Source: an uncultured Myxococcales bacterium (GTDB lineage Bacteria; Myxococcota_A; Bradymonadia; UBA7976; UBA1532). Taken from it: 64,000 nt of DNA. The notes under the pieces are model-generated. The model did not search any database. It was not told the origin of the DNA and was given only the letters and a program-made list of their open reading frames with translations. Below, in pieces: positions 9,755-20,105 of the stretch. Position 1 is the stretch's first letter. Every line of letters starts with the position of its first letter. Both the position numbers and the translations under genes were made by a program. The stretch lies in contig CAINDO010000561.1 of assembly GCA_903847385.1 (NCBI GenBank), positions 10,328 through 74,327 of the forward strand. Reading direction: 5' to 3'.

Positions 9755-10378
9755 TCAGCCCCGGCGACCGTGCAGGGCCACGCTGTCGGCGAAACGCGCC
9801 GGGTCCTCGACCGCGTCGAAGGCGGCGAGCCCCGAGTCGCCGAGGCGGGCGGGCCGCACGTCCACGAAGCCCGCCGCGACGAGCTCCCGGGTCAGGCCCG
9901 GCTCGTCCCAAAGCCACAAGTGCGCGCCGTTGCCGAACAGCCGCGAGGCCAGGCCCTTCCAGCCCCGGTCTCCGCCCGCGCGCCCCAAGAGCGACTTCTG
10001 CATGAACTCCGAGCAGGCGTCCGGCGCGCCGCTCTCCAGATAGCGCTGTGCCAGCACCCGCAGGTCGGGCACCACCACGCGGAACACGCCCCCCGGCTGG
10101 AGCAGGCGCAGGCTGTTGCGCAGCGCCACGCGGGCGTCCGCCAGGGCCAGGTGCTCGACCACGTGCGAGGAGTACACCCCTGCGCAGCTCGCGTCCGGCA
10201 CGGGCAGACCGCGCACGATGTCGCCGTAGCGAACGGACGCGGGGAATCGGGCGGCGTTCTTCGTGTACAGCCGACCGACGACGGGCAGGCGTTCGAAGCG
10301 CAGCGTCGGGCTGGCGTCGTAGTTCTCCCAGCCCTCGGGCGCGCTCAGGCCGCAGCCATACTGAACAAAGCGGGACAT
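9755..10378 (-). CDS. class I SAM-dependent methyltransferase (type 11-like)
   Basis: 'MSRFVQYGCGLSAPEGWENYD' start at 10378; 'VVEHLALADARVALRNSLRLLQPGGVFRVVVPDL' methyltransferase-fold motifs. The track's upstream Arg-rich extension is rejected. Confidence 0.75.
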   Translation of the reverse strand: MSRFVQYGCGLSAPEGWENYDASPTLRFERLPVVGRLYTKNAARFPASVRYGDIVRGLPVPDASCAGVYSSHVVEHLALADARVALRNSLRLLQPGGVFRVVVPDLRVLAQRYLESGAPDACSEFMQKSLLGRAGGDRGWKGLASRLFGNGAHLWLWDEPGLTRELVAAGFVDVRPARLGDSGLAAFDAVEDPARFADSVALHGRRG

Positions 10379-10395
10379 GGGGCCTCGGGGGGCGC

Positions 10396-12606
10396 TCAGG
10401 CGGGTTTGGTGGGCTCGGGCGCCCGGGGATCCTCGGCGTAGTAGGTGCCGTGCTTGCGGTAGTACGGGTGGTAGTACTGGCCGTAGGCGCGGCGCGAGAC
10501 GTCCACGTTGTTCAAGAGCGCGCCGAGGACCGTGATCTTCACGTCCTCGAGCAGGCGCTTGGCCTTGCGGACCATCTCGCGGCTCGTCTCGCCGGCGCGC
10601 ACCACGATGATGGCGCCGTCGCACTGATTGCCCAGGATCAGCGCGTCCGTGACGACACACACCGGCGGCGAATCCAGGATGATGCGGTCATAGCGCTCCA
10701 GCAGGCGCTCCATGACCCGATTGAACGAGGGCGAGTGCAGCAGCTCCGCCGGGTTCGGCGGGATCGGGCCGCTGCACAGGATGTCCAGGTTCTCCACGTC
10801 GCTGATCTGGACCACCTGGTCCAGGGGCTTCTCGGGCTCCAGCACCAGGTTGCTCAGGCCGCGATCGTTGGTCATATCGAAGACCTTATGGATGCGCGGG
10901 CGCCGCAGGTCCGTGTCGATCAGCAGCACCTTGGTGCCGGAGGTCGCCATGCTGGCGGCGACGTTCACGGACGTGCTCGTCTTGCCCTCGCGCGGGCCGG
11001 CGCTGGTCACCAGGAGCTTGCGCAGGGGTCGACCGGGGGTCATGAAGAGCAGGTTCGTCCGCACGGTCCGCACGCACTCGGCGGCGGTGCTGTGCGGGTA
11101 CTCGAGCACGTAGCGGTCGGGGTCCACGGGGCCCGAGGCCTCGAAACGATTGGCCTTCTTGCCCCGCTGCTGCTTGATCTTCGGCACCATGCCCAGGAAC
11201 GTCAGGCCCAGCTCCTTCTCGAGCTGGTCCTGGTTCTTGACCGAGCTGTCCAGGCTCTCGACGAGCAGGGCCAGGCCGATGCCGCCGAACAGCGCCAGCA
11301 CCAGGGCCACGGACAGATTCAGCGCCAGGCGGGGCGAAACGGGGCGATCCGGCACCAGCGCGGCGTCCAGGATGCGCACGTTGTTGGCGCGCGCCTCGGC
11401 CTGGAGCTGGGCCTCCTTCAGACGAAGGGCGAGCTGACCGTAGAGGTCCTTCTTGCCCTGAACGGCGGCCTCGAGGCGCTTGTACTCGAGCTCGACCGCG
11501 GTCAGGCCCTGCATCTCGCGCCCGACGGCGGCCGCCTCGGCGGCGAGCTTCTGCTCGGTGCTCACGGCCGACTGGTACTTGCGCTCCAGGCTCTGCTGGA
11601 TGCCCTTCACCTCGAGCTCCAGGTTGTGGCGGATGCGGGCGATCTTCTCGTCCGCCGTCTTCACGTCCGGGTGGGACTCCAGGTAGCGCTGGAGCAGGTC
11701 GCTGCGCTCGTTCTGGAGCGCCACGAGCTGCTCCTTGAGCCGCTGCACCAGACCGTTGGCCAGGACCTCTTCGACGCTCGTCTGCACCTGCATCGGGTCC
11801 AGCTTGCGCACCTGCTCCAGCACCGAGGCCAGCCGGGCCGACTCGACGCGGGCCTCGCGGAGCACCCGGTCGGCGTCCTGCTCGCGTACGCCGAGCTGGT
11901 TCTGCTTGTCGCCGAGCGAGGCCGTCATGATGCTGTTCTGCTGCTTGAACTTCAGCAGGGCGTCCTCGGCGGCCTCGACCTCTTTCTTGCCCTGCTCGAC
12001 CTGGGTGTTGAGCCACTTGGCGGCTTCGCCGGTGAACGAGATCTTGCGGTCCAGGTTGGCGTCCCCGTAGGCGTTGCACACGGCGTCCGCCAGGCGCGCG
12101 GCGCGCTCCGGGTTCTCGTCGCGCACCTTGACCAGGACGATGTTGCTCTCCTCGATGGGCTCGATCACCAGGCGTGAGGTCAGCGCCTGGATGGGGTCGA
12201 CCCGCTCGCGGGCGCGGGCGCGCTCGGCCGGGTCCTCGATCTTGGTGATGCCCAGGAAGTCCAGGTCGTGGCCGAGGTCGAGGCGCTCGACCACCATGGC
12301 GCTGACCATGCGGCTCTTCAGGATGCGGTACTGCGTCTCGAAGTACTCGCGGGTGTTCCAGTTGTTGGCCGTGCCGAGCGCCACGACCTCCTGCCCGGCG
12401 GAGTTGGGCAGGTACTGCGGCGCCGACTGATCGATGACGAGCTGCGTGACCGCCTCGTAGATTCGCGGCTGCTGGCGAGTGAAAATCACCGTGGCCGAGA
12501 TCACCAGGGCCCCGAAAACGAGCACGAGCACTTTGTGCTTCCAGACGATCTGGAGGTAGTGACCCAGCCCGAGCCAGGGCTCCGGATTCGAGGCGTCGTT
12601 CGTCAC
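10396..12606 (-). CDS. wzc: polysaccharide co-polymerase / tyrosine autokinase (Wzc-like PCP-2a)
   Basis: N-terminal TM and GNVR-type periplasmic coiled-coil region, second TM. Walker A 'GPREGKTS', Walker B 'RIILDSPP'. C-terminal tyrosine cluster 'YGQYYHPYYRKHGTYY'. Confidence 0.9.
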   Translation of the reverse strand: MTNDASNPEPWLGLGHYLQIVWKHKVLVLVFGALVISATVIFTRQQPRIYEAVTQLVIDQSAPQYLPNSAGQEVVALGTANNWNTREYFETQYRILKSRMVSAMVVERLDLGHDLDFLGITKIEDPAERARARERVDPIQALTSRLVIEPIEESNIVLVKVRDENPERAARLADAVCNAYGDANLDRKISFTGEAAKWLNTQVEQGKKEVEAAEDALLKFKQQNSIMTASLGDKQNQLGVREQDADRVLREARVESARLASVLEQVRKLDPMQVQTSVEEVLANGLVQRLKEQLVALQNERSDLLQRYLESHPDVKTADEKIARIRHNLELEVKGIQQSLERKYQSAVSTEQKLAAEAAAVGREMQGLTAVELEYKRLEAAVQGKKDLYGQLALRLKEAQLQAEARANNVRILDAALVPDRPVSPRLALNLSVALVLALFGGIGLALLVESLDSSVKNQDQLEKELGLTFLGMVPKIKQQRGKKANRFEASGPVDPDRYVLEYPHSTAAECVRTVRTNLLFMTPGRPLRKLLVTSAGPREGKTSTSVNVAASMATSGTKVLLIDTDLRRPRIHKVFDMTNDRGLSNLVLEPEKPLDQVVQISDVENLDILCSGPIPPNPAELLHSPSFNRVMERLLERYDRIILDSPPVCVVTDALILGNQCDGAIIVVRAGETSREMVRKAKRLLEDVKITVLGALLNNVDVSRRAYGQYYHPYYRKHGTYYAEDPRAPEPTKPA

Positions 12607-13928
12607 AGCTTCACCACCTTGGGGTTGTTCCGGCCCGCGCTCGCCGTCAGGTTGCGCGTGTCGACGATGCGGCGCGCGTGACGGAGGATCTGCTCGGGCT
12701 CGTAGTAGCGGTGATCGGTGACGATGACGACGACGTCGTAGGTCCCCATCTCCGCGTAGCTCAGGGGGCGGCTCTGCATCAGGCGGGCTTCCCCGCCGCC
12801 GTGGGCGAGGTCGATCTCGGGTACGAAGTTGTCCTGGTATTCCACCATCGCTCCCCGCGCGAGCAGGCCGTCGATGACCGGGATCGCCGGGGACTCACGC
12901 CAATCCGTGATGTCCCGCTTGTAGGAGACCCCGAGCACCAGGACCTTGGACCCCCGCAGAGGCCGCGCTTCGCCAACATTGTTGAGGGCGAGCGAAACAC
13001 GGTCGACCACGTAGTCGGGCATGTGGGAGTTGATGTCGTCCGCCAGCTCGATGAAGCGCGTGCGGTAGTTCAGCGTGCGCAGCTTCCAGCTCAGGTAGTG
13101 GGGATCGATGGGGATGCAGTGGCCACCCAGGCCCGGGCCCGGGTAGAACGGCATGAAGCCGAAGGGTTTGGTGGCCGCGGCCTCGATGATCTCCCACACG
13201 TCCAGGCCGAGCTTGTCCGCGATGATGGCGACCTCGTTCACCAGGCCGATGTTCACGGCGCGGAACGTGTTCTCCACCAGCTTGACCATCTCGGCGGCCG
13301 TGGGGCTCGACACCGCCACGACCTTGTCGCAGACCGTGGCGTACAGCGCGTGGGCGATGTCCGTGCAGGTGGGGGTCACGCCGCCGACGATCTTGGGCGT
13401 GTTCTTCACGTTGTAGACCGGGTTGCCCGGATCGATGCGCTCGGGGCTGAAGGCGAGGTGAATGTCCGTGCCGACCTTCAGGCCGGTGGACTCCAGCGCC
13501 GGCGCGACGATCTCGTCCGTCGTGCCCGGGTACGTGGTGCTCTCCAGGATCACGGCCTGACCCGAGCGCAGGTGCTTCACGATCCGCTCCGTGGCGGACA
13601 CGATGTAGCTGATGTCCGGGTCGCGCGTCTTGCGCAGGGGCGTGGGCACGCAGACGCTGATGGCGTCGCAGAGCGCCAGGTCGGCGAAGTCGGCCGTGGC
13701 CTTGAACTTGCCCGAGGCGACGAGGCGGGCGACGTCCTCGGCGGGCACGTCCAGGATGTAGGACTCGCCGGCGTTGAGCGCCTTCACCTTGGCGGGATCG
13801 ATTTCGAAGCCGATCACGGTGAAGCCCGCGTCGGCGAAGCCGGTGGCCAGCGGCAGGCCCACGTAACCGAGGCCGACGACGCCGACGACGGCGGTGCGCT
13901 GGGAGATGCGTTCGAGGATCGTGCTCAT
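12603..13928 (-). CDS. nucleotide-sugar dehydrogenase (UDP-GlcNAc/ManNAc/glucose 6-dehydrogenase family)
   Basis: 'VVGLGYVGLPLA' Rossmann motif, catalytic 'GGHCIPIDP', 441 aa. 4-bp overlap with wzc. Confidence 0.9.
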   Translation of the reverse strand: MSTILERISQRTAVVGVVGLGYVGLPLATGFADAGFTVIGFEIDPAKVKALNAGESYILDVPAEDVARLVASGKFKATADFADLALCDAISVCVPTPLRKTRDPDISYIVSATERIVKHLRSGQAVILESTTYPGTTDEIVAPALESTGLKVGTDIHLAFSPERIDPGNPVYNVKNTPKIVGGVTPTCTDIAHALYATVCDKVVAVSSPTAAEMVKLVENTFRAVNIGLVNEVAIIADKLGLDVWEIIEAAATKPFGFMPFYPGPGLGGHCIPIDPHYLSWKLRTLNYRTRFIELADDINSHMPDYVVDRVSLALNNVGEARPLRGSKVLVLGVSYKRDITDWRESPAIPVIDGLLARGAMVEYQDNFVPEIDLAHGGGEARLMQSRPLSYAEMGTYDVVVIVTDHRYYEPEQILRHARRIVDTRNLTASAGRNNPKVVKL

Positions 13929-13967
13929 GGAGCCCTTTCTGTCGCCGCGCGGGGCGGCGGAATCGGT

Positions 13968-14909
<942 letters not shown>

Positions 14910-14999
14910 TCGACTCCTCAGACCCCGATGCGTGCGGCGCTGTTTCAGCCGGGCACGTCGCGATTGCATCCGCCCGCGGGCCGGCGCCAGGATGCCCCC

Positions 15000-15983
15000 G
15001 TGAACTCCGAGAGCCTGCGCACCTGCCTGAGAGCGTTCGTCGACGGCGACCGCGCGCTGCCCGCCCTCGGAGCCGAGGACGTGGCCATGGCGTCGGCGCA
15101 CCGTCTGGCGGGCACCCTCTACCACATGCGGGTGCCGTTGGGCCACGCCGAGCGACAATCCGTGCAGCGAACCTGGGCGTCGCAGGCGGCGGCGTACCTG
15201 CAGCGCGTGGCGGTGCTGCGGGCGCAGTGGCCGTCGCGCGCGCCGGCCCCGTTGCTCTTCAAGGGCGCCGACCTCGTCGAGAATCTGTACGGCGATCCCG
15301 GCGCGCGGCGCATGTCCGACCTCGACCTGATGCTGCCCCCCGCCGACTTCGACGCGGTCGCGACGTCGCTCGCGGCCCGCGCGGAGGCCAGCAGCACGCC
15401 CCGGGGCGAGGCCTTCGAGGGCGAGGCGGCCTATGAAATGGGCCTGCGCTTCGGCGACGTCACGCTGGAACTCCACCGTGCGCCGCAGCCGCTCCATCGC
15501 GGGGGGCCGAGCGCGGACGCGCTGTACGCGGCGAGCACGCCGGGCACGCTGGACGGCCTCGCCGTGCGTTTCCCCGCGCCCGAGGACCGCTGGCTGCTGT
15601 GGCTGACCAACCAGGCCAAGGGGTCGTTCCAGGGCGACCTGGCCGATCTGCTCGACCTCTGCCTGATTCTGCGCGCCCTGCCCGCCCCCCTGCCCTGGAC
15701 GCGGCTGCTCGCCCGTGCGCGCGCCGCCGGTCTCTCCCGGCCTGCAAGGCTGGCCCTGCGGAGGCTGGCCCGCGCCGGTCTCTGGAGCGGACCGCTCCCT
15801 GCCGTCGGCGAGGTCTCGGATGCGCTTGCCGACCGTCTGCTGCCCCCGCCGGACGCGCCGGCACTGGACATGCCGGCCTGGCGGTTTCAGGGCCTCAAGC
15901 TCTGGCTGGCCGATCCGTCGCGGCGAGCGGGCGTCTTGGCCCGGGCCGGCGCGACGCTCTGGCGGCGGCTGGACGCGCGCTGA
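15000..15983 (+). CDS. putative nucleotidyltransferase-family protein (uncharacterised NTase, PF14907-like)
   Basis: Real-looking 3' third of the artefactual 1101-aa track ORF. 'FKGADLVENLYGDPGARRMSDLDLMLPP' resembles the uncharacterised-nucleotidyltransferase family. The GTG 15000 start is uncertain (ATG 15087 is an alternative). Confidence 0.5.
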   Translation: MNSESLRTCLRAFVDGDRALPALGAEDVAMASAHRLAGTLYHMRVPLGHAERQSVQRTWASQAAAYLQRVAVLRAQWPSRAPAPLLFKGADLVENLYGDPGARRMSDLDLMLPPADFDAVATSLAARAEASSTPRGEAFEGEAAYEMGLRFGDVTLELHRAPQPLHRGGPSADALYAASTPGTLDGLAVRFPAPEDRWLLWLTNQAKGSFQGDLADLLDLCLILRALPAPLPWTRLLARARAAGLSRPARLALRRLARAGLWSGPLPAVGEVSDALADRLLPPPDAPALDMPAWRFQGLKLWLADPSRRAGVLARAGATLWRRLDAR

Positions 15984-16003
15984 CGCCCCGAGCGTTCAGG
16001 CGC

Positions 16004-16690
16004 TCAGAGCCAGGTCTCGGGCACGAAGATGATGTCGCCCGGCTGGAGTTGCACGTTCTGCTCGCGCCCGAGGCCGATGGCCTCCACGGGGGCGACGAAC
16101 TTCTTCTCGCTGCCGTCCACCACGCGCGTGATCACGGTGCGGTTCTTGTCGGCAAGATCCTTGAAGCCGCCGGCCATCGTGATGGCCTGCACCACGGTCA
16201 TGCTGTCCTCGAAGGCGAACGTCCCGGGTTTGTTGACCTCCCCGAGCACGAAGACCTTCTTGGAGTTGGACTCCTTCACGAAGACGGTCACCTGCGGATT
16301 GCGCAGGAAGCCCTCTTTCAGGCGCTCCGTGAGGTACTCGCTCAGGGCGCCGGGCGTCAGCCCGCCGGCCTTCACCTGCCCGACGAGCGGGTACTGGAAA
16401 GTCCCGTCCGTGGCCACGCGGAACAGGCCCGAGAGCCCCTGCTCCTCATAGACCCGCACCTCGACGACGTCCCCCACGCCGAGCAACGCGCCCTGAAGCA
16501 GCGCCGTCCGGTCGGGCGTCGGCGGCAGCGGCCGCTCCGGTGGCGCCTCGCTGCGCGGCGTACTGCCACATCCCACGATGAGCAGAAGCAGCAGCGGCAG
16601 GAGTCCCCGGAGCGCCCGGCGCAGGTCAGTAATTGACTTGCAGCTCGAGCATGACGAGCTGGCGGCTGTAGGCGACGGGGTCAAGACCAT
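16004..16690 (-). CDS. outer-membrane polysaccharide export (OPX, Wza-like) lipoprotein, short form lacking the C-terminal OM helix
   Basis: Lipobox 'LLLLLIVGC'. Poly_export motif 'GDVVEVRVYEE...F.V..DG....P..G.V...G'. One SLBB domain ('VFVLGEVNKPGTFAF...SMTVVQAITMAGG'). Ends 'FVPETWL' with no amphipathic C-terminal helix. The start is uncertain: ATG 16690 overlaps the upstream gene by ~65 nt; a non-ATG start nearer 'LRRALRG' is possible. Confidence 0.75.
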   Translation of the reverse strand: MVLTPSPTAASSSCSSCKSITDLRRALRGLLPLLLLLIVGCGSTPRSEAPPERPLPPTPDRTALLQGALLGVGDVVEVRVYEEQGLSGLFRVATDGTFQYPLVGQVKAGGLTPGALSEYLTERLKEGFLRNPQVTVFVKESNSKKVFVLGEVNKPGTFAFEDSMTVVQAITMAGGFKDLADKNRTVITRVVDGSEKKFVAPVEAIGLGREQNVQLQPGDIIFVPETWL

Positions 16691-17933
16691 CTCCCTCGGC
16701 GTTGATGGCAACACCGGACTCGAACTCGGACATGTTCTGCTGGCTGGCGACGTCGAGCTTGACGGTCATCCAGTCGCGGGGGTTGAAGCCCGCGTACACG
16801 TTGCCGCGCAGGACCGGGTCCGTGCGGCTGTCGCCCTGTCGATCCACGCCGCCTGCGTCGTCCGAGTAGGCGTAGTGGTCGAAACCGACCCGCCCGCCGA
16901 CGCTGAAGCGCCCGAGGAAGTAGAAGTCGACGCTGCCGTAGACCTGGTTCAGCGTGTAGAAGTTCGCGAACGCCGTGTCGCGCCCGTCGCGGTTGTAGCC
17001 GAGCGAAGCGCGCAGCGCCGGCTCGATCGCGTACGTGAGCTCCGCCGTGGCGATCAGGTTCGAGAACGAGGTGCCCTCGGCGTTGAACGTGTTCTTGTAG
17101 CCGGCCTTGAGCGTCGTCGAAATGTGCCGTGTGACGAGGCCCTTCACGCCGGCGAGCACGAAGAACGGCTGCGCGTCGCGGTTGGTCCGCACCGATGATG
17201 TCTGGCCGCCCGCACCGGCCACGGCCACGTCCAGCTGCTTGTCGTACGAGAGCGAGGTCCAGCCGACCTCGGCGAGGAGCGCGGTCTTCGGCAGGAAACG
17301 CCAGCTCGTCAGGAAACGCAGATGGTGCGCGTCCTTCTCACCCACGCTGGTGTTCAACTCCTCGGCGTCGTCCCCGATGAAGTTCACCGACTGCCAGCGG
17401 TAGCCCAGGCGGAGCTCGAACGGCCGCGAGTCGGGGTTGTCACCGGGCCGGAAGCGCAGGTCGACCCCGAGGCTGTTGTCCAGCATCCGGAAGCCGAACT
17501 CCGTGTCGTCGAAGGCCGGGTTGTCGCGGAAGTTGCCGTCCTCGTGGACCTCGACCGTGATCGGCGAGCGCGGCAGGAATCCGACGGTCGCGTTCAGGTT
17601 CGCCCGATCGATGGTGTTGCGCGCGCTGAACTCCTCGCCGGACTCGAAGTAGTGGCGGTAGCTCAGACCCGCCCCCGCCTGGAGGGAGAGTTTGTTCGGC
17701 GAGCGGTTCTCGAGGCCGACCCCGACGCCGGCGCGCATCAGCGACGACGACTCGGGCTCCTCGCCCGTGTCGTCGAAGAAGACGTTGTTGTCGAACGCGC
17801 CCTGCACGAAGGCGTCCGGGTGGATGACGAGATCCCCCGCCCGGATGCCCGGCCCCTCGGCGTGCGCGAGCCCGGTCGCCGAAACGACGAGGAGGGCGGC
17901 CCGAAAGAGGGGTCTCTGCACACGCGTGATCAT
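16626..17933 (-). CDS. outer-membrane beta-barrel protein (candidate OPX partner / GltH-NfsH-like)
   Basis: Signal peptide 'LLVVSATGLAHA'. 435 aa of alternating amphipathic beta-strand pattern rich in G/Y/F/N/D, ending '...LQVNY'. Immediately upstream of and overlapping the OPX gene. Confidence 0.7.
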   Translation of the reverse strand: MITRVQRPLFRAALLVVSATGLAHAEGPGIRAGDLVIHPDAFVQGAFDNNVFFDDTGEEPESSSLMRAGVGVGLENRSPNKLSLQAGAGLSYRHYFESGEEFSARNTIDRANLNATVGFLPRSPITVEVHEDGNFRDNPAFDDTEFGFRMLDNSLGVDLRFRPGDNPDSRPFELRLGYRWQSVNFIGDDAEELNTSVGEKDAHHLRFLTSWRFLPKTALLAEVGWTSLSYDKQLDVAVAGAGGQTSSVRTNRDAQPFFVLAGVKGLVTRHISTTLKAGYKNTFNAEGTSFSNLIATAELTYAIEPALRASLGYNRDGRDTAFANFYTLNQVYGSVDFYFLGRFSVGGRVGFDHYAYSDDAGGVDRQGDSRTDPVLRGNVYAGFNPRDWMTVKLDVASQQNMSEFESGVAINAEGDGLDPVAYSRQLVMLELQVNY

Positions 17934-17961
17934 CCGGACGTCCTCGTCGCCTTCCTACGCT

Positions 17962-18525
17962 TCAATAGGCCAAGGTGGCGGGAAACGGACGATCGATGTC
18001 GATCGGCTCGCCGGCCAGGATGTCGCCCTCGGTCGGGTCGTCCTGCCGGATGTCGGAATCGATGGTGCTCTCGACCTCGGTGCCGCCGGTGTACTGCGAC
18101 TGCTCACCGACGCAGCCCTCGATCTCCACGCGGAACGCCTCGACCCTCGCGCGGGCGAGGTCGATCTTCGTCACGTTGTGGTGGATGAGCTCGGGGCTCT
18201 TCGCGCCGATGGCCTCGCGGAGGGCCTGCCCGGAGAGCTCGCCGATCTGGACCAGGCCGCGGATGGCCTTCACCTTCGCGTTGATGCAGTTGTACCGCAT
18301 CAGGTCCTTCTCGCCGCGGGCCTGCTCCAGCCGATCGATGCCCTGCTTCAGGGTGTCCTGCATCTGGTCGATGGAGGTCGACGACTGCTCGAGGACCTCG
18401 TCGTCCGAGCGCTTCTCCGCGGGGTTGGCCCCGGCGGTGGGCCCCGAGGTCGCTGCCGCGACTGCGCCTGCAGCGCAGAAGCCGACGAGCGTGGCCACGA
18501 GGGCGAAGCGGACTGTACGAATCAC
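17962..18525 (-). CDS. hypothetical secreted protein
   Basis: Signal peptide 'VRFALVATLVGFCAAGAVAAA'. Largely helical, acidic C-terminus. No recognisable domain. Confidence 0.55.
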   Translation of the reverse strand: MIRTVRFALVATLVGFCAAGAVAAATSGPTAGANPAEKRSDDEVLEQSSTSIDQMQDTLKQGIDRLEQARGEKDLMRYNCINAKVKAIRGLVQIGELSGQALREAIGAKSPELIHHNVTKIDLARARVEAFRVEIEGCVGEQSQYTGGTEVESTIDSDIRQDDPTEGDILAGEPIDIDRPFPATLAY

Positions 18526-18632
18526 GGGAGCCTCCTGCCTGCGGCTTACTACTTTATGGACCCCGGTCAGTCAACGATACACTCAAAATCCTCTGAGCAA
18601 GTATCGGCACGACGGCAGGAGATTTCGAGGGG

Positions 18633-20033
18633 TCAATTCGAGGGCGCGAAGATGAAGGGGAACGAGACCGTCACCGTGCCACCTTCGGGGGGCGGGAAGC
18701 GCCAACGGTCCATCTGGCTCTTGATGCACTCGGCCACGGCCGGTTCGCCCATGGAGTCCGACTTCGCGGAGACGTCCATCACGCGGCCGCCTTCGTTGAT
18801 GGTGAACTGCATCACGATCTTGCCCTGGAGCTGCGGGTTGCGCTTGAGCTCCTTCTCGTAGCAGCCCTTCACGCCGCCGATGCGGCCCTTGACCGCCGAA
18901 GCGATCTTGCTGGTCTCCAGGGTGCCGGTGCCGAAGGTCTCCGAGGGCTCGGCGGCCTTCACGGTGCCCTTGACCTGGACCTCCTGGCCCTTGCTGCCGG
19001 ACTCGACGTTGCCCGTCGCGCCCTCGGCGTTGAGGTCGTCGCTCTTGAGCGTGCTGATCTTGCCCGTCCCGGCGGCGCCGGCGCGGCGGTCGCGGGCCTG
19101 GGTGTTGTTGTCGGCCACGGCGACGCCGGTGGCGCCCTCGAACGCGGTGTTGATGGCGACGTCTGCGCGATCGTTCCGCAGCGTGTCCACGATGGACGAA
19201 CCCTCGGCGCCGATGCCGGAGCCGAGCACGCCGATGATGGTCTTGCTGGCGACGGCCTTCTTCACGTCCTCGGCGTGCGCCTTCGCGTCCACCTCGGGCT
19301 TGGGCTTGTCGTCGGCGACGACCTTGGGCTTGTCGTCGACCCGCGGGCGCGGCGGCTCGTCCTTCTTCTTGGCGACCTCTTCCTTCTTCTCGTCCGCCTT
19401 CTCGTCCTTCTTCTCGTCCTTCTTTTCCTCGACCACCTTGGGCGGCTTCGGCTTGGTGATGATCTGGACGATGCGGTCGGGGAGTTGTTCGATGCCGACG
19501 GGCTTCTCGGGCACGTCCATGGTGACGACGTACACGACCAGCGCGATCTGCATCACGAGGCTGCCCGTCAGCGTGGCCGTGAACGGCCAGTCCATGCTGT
19601 GCATCCAGCCGCCCTTGACGTTGGCGGGGAGCTGCAGGCGCGAGGGCGGCGGCGGCGGCATGACGAACTGGAAGAGCAGCGTGACGTCGCCCACGACGAC
19701 CTTGCCGCGGCTCTTCTCGGAGAGCGGCAGGGTCCAGAACTCGCCCTTGCGATCGGCGAGCTTCTTGGCGACCACCCCCTTGAAGTCCAGCACGGCGTCG
19801 TCGATGGAGACGCGGCCGTCCATGCCGTCCTTGAAGACGAGGTGGTACACGCCGCTCTTCAGCTCGAAGAGCACGTGGCTGCGCGCGAAGGGCGCCGTCG
19901 GCAGGACGAAGGTGTTGCGCGGCGACTGGCCGATCGTGACGGGATCGCGCTTCCGGAGCAGCCGCTCCTCGATGATCTTCCCGCTCTGGATGATCCCGAT
20001 GCGCAGGATCTTCCGGTCGTTTCTCTGGGCCAT
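18633..20033 (-). CDS. FHA-domain / TonB_C-domain bitopic inner-membrane protein (GltG/AgmX/NfsG-like)
   Basis: N-terminal FHA-like region ('VTIGQSPRNTFVL...ARSHVLFE...GVYHLVF...GRVSID'). One TM ('LTGSLVMQIALVVYVV'). Pro/Lys/Glu/Asp-rich linker. C-terminal TonB_C-like domain ('GKIVMQFTINEGGRVMDV...AECIKSQMDRWRFPPPEGGTVTVSFPFIF'). Confidence 0.7.
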   Translation of the reverse strand: MAQRNDRKILRIGIIQSGKIIEERLLRKRDPVTIGQSPRNTFVLPTAPFARSHVLFELKSGVYHLVFKDGMDGRVSIDDAVLDFKGVVAKKLADRKGEFWTLPLSEKSRGKVVVGDVTLLFQFVMPPPPPSRLQLPANVKGGWMHSMDWPFTATLTGSLVMQIALVVYVVTMDVPEKPVGIEQLPDRIVQIITKPKPPKVVEEKKDEKKDEKADEKKEEVAKKKDEPPRPRVDDKPKVVADDKPKPEVDAKAHAEDVKKAVASKTIIGVLGSGIGAEGSSIVDTLRNDRADVAINTAFEGATGVAVADNNTQARDRRAGAAGTGKISTLKSDDLNAEGATGNVESGSKGQEVQVKGTVKAAEPSETFGTGTLETSKIASAVKGRIGGVKGCYEKELKRNPQLQGKIVMQFTINEGGRVMDVSAKSDSMGEPAVAECIKSQMDRWRFPPPEGGTVTVSFPFIFAPSN

Positions 20034-20105
20034 CTGCGTTGTCCCTTACCTGTCTGACCTTCTACGCGATTCGACATTCCGCCGGGGGAAAGGTTCCCGT
20101 GCGGT

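Noticed and set aside
14910-15497. 5' extension of the epimerase ORF (track 13968-15497) and of several other track ORFs (31065-32669, 41949-43517, 48398-50035, 49522-50622)
   Set aside because: The extensions are Arg-rich and lack homology, while well-conserved N-termini ([49 protein letters not shown]) occur at internal start codons with plausible RBSs and operon overlaps.
15984-16003. Possible terminator in the 20-bp gap between the convergent NTase-like and OPX genes
   Set aside because: Only a weak imperfect palindrome (TGACGC…GCGTTCA) with no flanking T/A tracts.
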